A DNA stretch of 64,000 nt from Pseudomonadota bacterium (GTDB lineage Bacteria > Pseudomonadota > Gammaproteobacteria > Burkholderiales > SG8-39). A model generated the notes under the pieces. The model searched no databases. It saw nothing but the letters and a program-made list of their open reading frames with translations, and had not been told where the DNA came from. The stretch is from the NCBI GenBank assembly GCA_043805375.1, contig JAZDIA010000034.1, forward strand, positions 9,916 through 73,915. The letters are read 5' to 3'. The translations under genes were made by a program, and so were the position numbers. This document shows, in pieces, positions 61,000 through 64,000 of the stretch; within the stretch, counting starts at the first letter, position 1; every line of letters starts with the position of its first letter.

Positions 61000-61800
61000 C
61001 TATTTTGGGTGCGCGTTCAACCACGCGTCGGCGCGCTTCTTCGCCTCGGTGATCTGCTCCGGCTTCATTAACCTCTCCACCATGTTGCGGCTTTTTTTTG
61101 CTCGCGCTTCGCCACCCGCCGCCGCAATATTCCACCACTTGTGCGCTTCGATGTAGTCCATGGCGACGCCTTCCAGCCCTGTCTCGTAGATACGGCCCAG
61201 GTCGAACTGCGCCAATGGGTCTCCCTGTTCTGCTGCCTTCAGGTACCAGAACACTGCCTGTTTGTAGTCCAGCGCAACGCCCTGGGCGGTTTCGTACATC
61301 AGACCCAGGGCGGATTGCGCCCAAACATGCTCCTGTTCTCCTGCCTTCCGGTACCAGGACGCAGCCTGCTCGTAATCCTGCGCAATGCCTTGCCCGGTCT
61401 GGTACATCCGGCCCAGATTGTATTGCGCCTCAGCCAGTCCCTTTTCAGCGGCTTTTCGGTACCAGGACAGTGCCTGCGTATTGTCCTGCGCAATGCCCTG
61501 GCCTTTTTCGTACATGGAACCTAAATTGACTTGCGCCGCAGCAAGGTCTTGTTCCGCCGCTTTTCGGTACCAGGACAATGCCTGCTGATTGTCGGGCGCA
61601 ACGCCTTCCCCCTTCTCGTACATGAAACCCAGGGCGAATTGCGCCGGTGCGCTGTCGTAGGCCGCTGCTTTCTGCCAGGAATTCATCGCGCTTGCGTAGT
61701 CCTTGTTTTGATAAGATCTCAAGCCATCCTCGAAATCGCCGGCAAATGCAGAAACGGCCGACAATGCCAGGACGATCCCAATCGCTGCCAACAACCGCAT
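61000..61800 (-). CDS. Sel1-repeat (TPR-like) secreted protein
   Basis: 266 aa with a signal peptide and six or more tandem ~36-aa units of the form A..WY.KAAEQG...AQ..LG.MYE.G.GV..D. Confidence 0.8.
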   Translation of the reverse strand: MRLLAAIGIVLALSAVSAFAGDFEDGLRSYQNKDYASAMNSWQKAAAYDSAPAQFALGFMYEKGEGVAPDNQQALSWYRKAAEQDLAAAQVNLGSMYEKGQGIAQDNTQALSWYRKAAEKGLAEAQYNLGRMYQTGQGIAQDYEQAASWYRKAGEQEHVWAQSALGLMYETAQGVALDYKQAVFWYLKAAEQGDPLAQFDLGRIYETGLEGVAMDYIEAHKWWNIAAAGGEARAKKSRNMVERLMKPEQITEAKKRADAWLNAHPK

Positions 61801-62332
61801 GTCGCTCTCCTCATAGATGCTTCGCCACCGATCGCTCGGCGTTATTCAGACGCATTGGTTCTCAACCCATGATAATCCCTCCGGCGCAACTTGAGACGAT
61901 CACGTTTATCTTTTACAATAGCGCCGGCGTTCGCCAACCGGGTTACGCTGCCGGGCGCATGCCGTTTGGTCACGGTTCCAGGTGTCGTTGCATCAGAACC
62001 TAACCCGGACAAGCCGGAAGCAAACAGGTCGGCTCGTTTTGGGAGCTTCCATCTCGCGTATTGGTGCAGTTGCGCCGCCAAGAATCCTGCCAAGAATGTG
62101 CTCGATCTGGGCGTCGTCGCAAGGCGCTGCAGGCTCAGCCAGACCGGCTTGCGCCAACCTTGAATAAGGCGGGCCCATCGGCTGGCATTCGATGCACCAA
62201 CGACCGCTAACCAAATGATTTTTCTGTTATAATTAAAACTGTTTATCCATTGTCCCCCGGTCAGCGCAGGGTGGACGTGGAATGATTGCTTTGGGAAGCT
62301 CTGGTCAGCCCTAATCGAAAAGGATAATTGAG

Positions 62333-62521
62333 ATGAATGTGATTTGGCGTTTTTACATGGACGGTGGCCATCGGTGGAACTGGCAACAGATTGGCGCAGG
62401 CCAGGCGGTCGTGGCCGAATCATCCAAGGGCTACAGCAATTACGAAGCCTGCGTGGCGAATGCAAGAGACCGCGGTTACGTGTTTCTGCCGGCCCAGGGC
62501 AAACGGGCGCCAGGACGTTAG
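62333..62521 (+). CDS. small protein, possibly YegP/DUF1508-like
   Basis: 62 aa with WRFYMDGGHRWNWQQIGAGQAVVAESSKGYSNYEACVANARDRGY, loosely like the YegP repeat pattern (..W.W......G..vaeS..gY.....C...a). Confidence 0.35.
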   Translation: MNVIWRFYMDGGHRWNWQQIGAGQAVVAESSKGYSNYEACVANARDRGYVFLPAQGKRAPGR

Positions 62522-62524
62522 GCG

Positions 62525-62917
62525 ATGGAAAACCGTTACGGTTTTGGCAAGTCCGTGGCCATGAGCTTCGACGAGGCGATGACCAAGCTCACCGCAGAAT
62601 TGCAGAAGGAAGGCTTCGGCGTATTGACGGAGATCGACGTTGCCGGCACCTTGAAAAAAAAGCTGAATCACGACATGCCCCCGTACCGCATTCTGGGCGC
62701 CTGCAACCCCGCGTTTGCCAGGCGCGCGCTCACGGCGGAGCCGAGCATCGGCCTGCTTCTGCCCTGTAACGTCGTGGTTCGCCAGGATGCAGCCGGCACG
62801 GTGCAGGTGGAATTCCTCGATCCTGGAATGATGGGCCAACTCACCGCCAACCCCGATGTCGGCCCGATAGGCATTGAAGTGCGCGAGAAACTGCAGCGGG
62901 TGATGCGCGCGCTCTGA
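62525..62917 (+). CDS. DUF302 domain protein
   Basis: 130 aa with FDEAMTKLTAELQKEGFGVLTEIDV...YRILGACNP...LLPCNVVV, typical DUF302 motifs. Confidence 0.75.
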   Translation: MENRYGFGKSVAMSFDEAMTKLTAELQKEGFGVLTEIDVAGTLKKKLNHDMPPYRILGACNPAFARRALTAEPSIGLLLPCNVVVRQDAAGTVQVEFLDPGMMGQLTANPDVGPIGIEVREKLQRVMRAL

Positions 62918-63044
62918 CCGGCAGCCGCCACGAGTACGCCGACCGTCTCGAGAACGACTTGCCGCGTGAATGCGTGCGCAGTCTTCTGCGCGCAGGATGG
63001 GTTTGGCCATTTGTCATGCGCCCGTGAATTCAATGCAACAGTAA

Positions 63045-63478
63045 CTAGCCGCGTCTGCCCGGCGCTTGCGCCGGCGCGGGCTCGCCCTCCTGCAGGAACA
63101 TCTCTACCTGTATTTCTTCGCCGGGCTTGAGAACGACGAATTCGGCGTTACTTGAATCGAGTTGGCCGGGCATTTTTGGCAGCGCTTCGAGCAGCGCCGT
63201 GGAACCGATGATCTCTTCGTATTCCATGTCCCAGCGCTTGGCGCAGAACTCGGCTACGCGCAGCGCCATCGGCCGGCACTCGTCCAGTTCCTGCTGCGAG
63301 AAGCCGACCATGGTGAGTTTGCGATAGTGGCGGTACTTCATTTCCACCAGATAGTCCGCGGTTTCTTCGGCGTGTTGTGCAGGCTGATGTCCATATAGGT
63401 CACGGGCGTGTCCCGCGGCAGCAGTTGCTGCAGATGTTCCTGCATCACGCGCCAGGCGATGATGACCGTGGGCTGCAT
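63045..63478 (-). pseudogene. hypothetical gene downstream of MTHFR, apparently split by a frameshift near 63350-63360
   Basis: Frame A runs from ATG 63476-63478, 10 nt after the MTHFR stop, and reads MQPTVIIAWRVMQEHLQQLL...SLHNTPKKPRTIWWK*. Frame B reads ...AEETADYLVEMKYRHYRKLTMVGFSQQELDE... and continues to 63045. The two frames overlap at ccgaagaaaccgcgg. Confidence 0.3.
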
Positions 63479-63488
63479 GGCGCCAGGC

Positions 63489-64000
63489 TCAGAGTGCGAC
63501 GGTGGAGGCACGATCTTCGCTCGCCGGCGGCGCCGGCTTGCGTCCGGCGCGCACGCCCGACTCGCGCACGATGCCCGGAATAAAATGATTCTGGCGCTGC
63601 GCCATGATGTGCACACCGGCGATGCCGCGTATCGCGCGTATTGCCTGGATGAGTTCGATGCAGATCTTGCGCCCTTCGGCGCGGGGATCGGCCGCCTGCT
63701 CCAGCCGCGTGACGACTTCGTCCGGGATGTGCACGCCGGGCACCTTGCTCCTCAGCCAGCGCGCAGTGCGCGCCGAGCCTATGGGTCCGACACCGATGAG
63801 GATGTGGCAGCGCTCGTGCAGCCCTTCGTCGCGCACGCGCTGCATGTAGGCTTCGAGCAAGCCGAGGTCGAAGCAGTACTGCGTCTGCACGAACTGCGCG
63901 CCGGCAGCTATCTTGCGCGCGAGGCGCATCGGCCGCATGTCGTAGGGCGGAACAAAGGGGTTGTCCGCACCGCCCAGGAAAAGGCGCGGCACCGCGTTCA
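63489..64000 (-). CDS. metF: methylenetetrahydrofolate reductase (MetF-like), C-terminal part; gene continues beyond the window end
   Basis: ...KIAAGAQFVQTQYCFD...ILIGVGPIGSARTARWL.SKVPGVHIPDEVV.RL...IELIQAIRAIRGIAGVHIM is colinear with the C-terminal half of MetF-type MTHFR. Confidence 0.7.
   Translation of the reverse strand, partial: NAVPRLFLGGADNPFVPPYDMRPMRLARKIAAGAQFVQTQYCFDLGLLEAYMQRVRDEGLHERCHILIGVGPIGSARTARWLRSKVPGVHIPDEVVTRLEQAADPRAEGRKICIELIQAIRAIRGIAGVHIMAQRQNHFIPGIVRESGVRAGRKPAPPASEDRASTVAL

Overview
This 64-kb window comes from a GC-rich chromosome whose gene order looks betaproteobacterial. Bases 1-23.8 kb are a conserved housekeeping block. On the minus strand it reads nagZ(partial)-acpS-pdxJ-recO-era-rnc-DUF4845-lepB-lepA, a glutaredoxin-like gene, mucD-rseB-rseA-rpoE, a ygfX-like ORF, then fabF-acpP-[fabG]-fabD-fabH-plsX-rpmF-yceD, with fabG reduced to a 23-codon in-frame scar. 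It continues with maf, a TP-methylase-family gene, sppA, a HAD hydrolase, rluC and rne. Bases 23.8-42.3 kb look accessory. They start with a livF-like gene remnant. Next come a four-gene ABC/beta-propeller module of the type associated with PQQ-dependent alcohol dehydrogenases (no dehydrogenase is present) and a NitT/TauT-type ABC importer. After that come an OprO/P-like porin, czcCBA-type RND efflux, a methyltransferase, a YgbA-like gene, a PAS-GGDEF protein and a DUF2889 protein. uvrB, an aspartate/aromatic aminotransferase and tRNA-Asn(GUU) follow. The best candidate for something new is a 9.1-kb island with no integrase. It is bounded by tRNA-Asn and a perfect 44-bp copy of the tRNA 3' half (45841-45884 and 54938-54981). 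The island carries higBA, an SH3b protein, two unknown proteins and a lower-GC five-gene cobalamin-dependent methyltransferase module. That module has a Zn-type URO-D/MtaA-family methyltransferase, a corrinoid protein, a 4-Cys mini-ORF, a RACo-type reductive activase and a pterin-binding methyl-THF methyltransferase. This architecture is known from anaerobic O-demethylases and is comparable to a split MetH. The right flank holds ybdD-cstA, a P-type ATPase, a Sel1-repeat protein, DUF302 and a partial MTHFR gene. I saw no rRNA, CRISPR array, transposase or integrase. All family assignments come from motif reading by eye and need HMM/BLAST confirmation.
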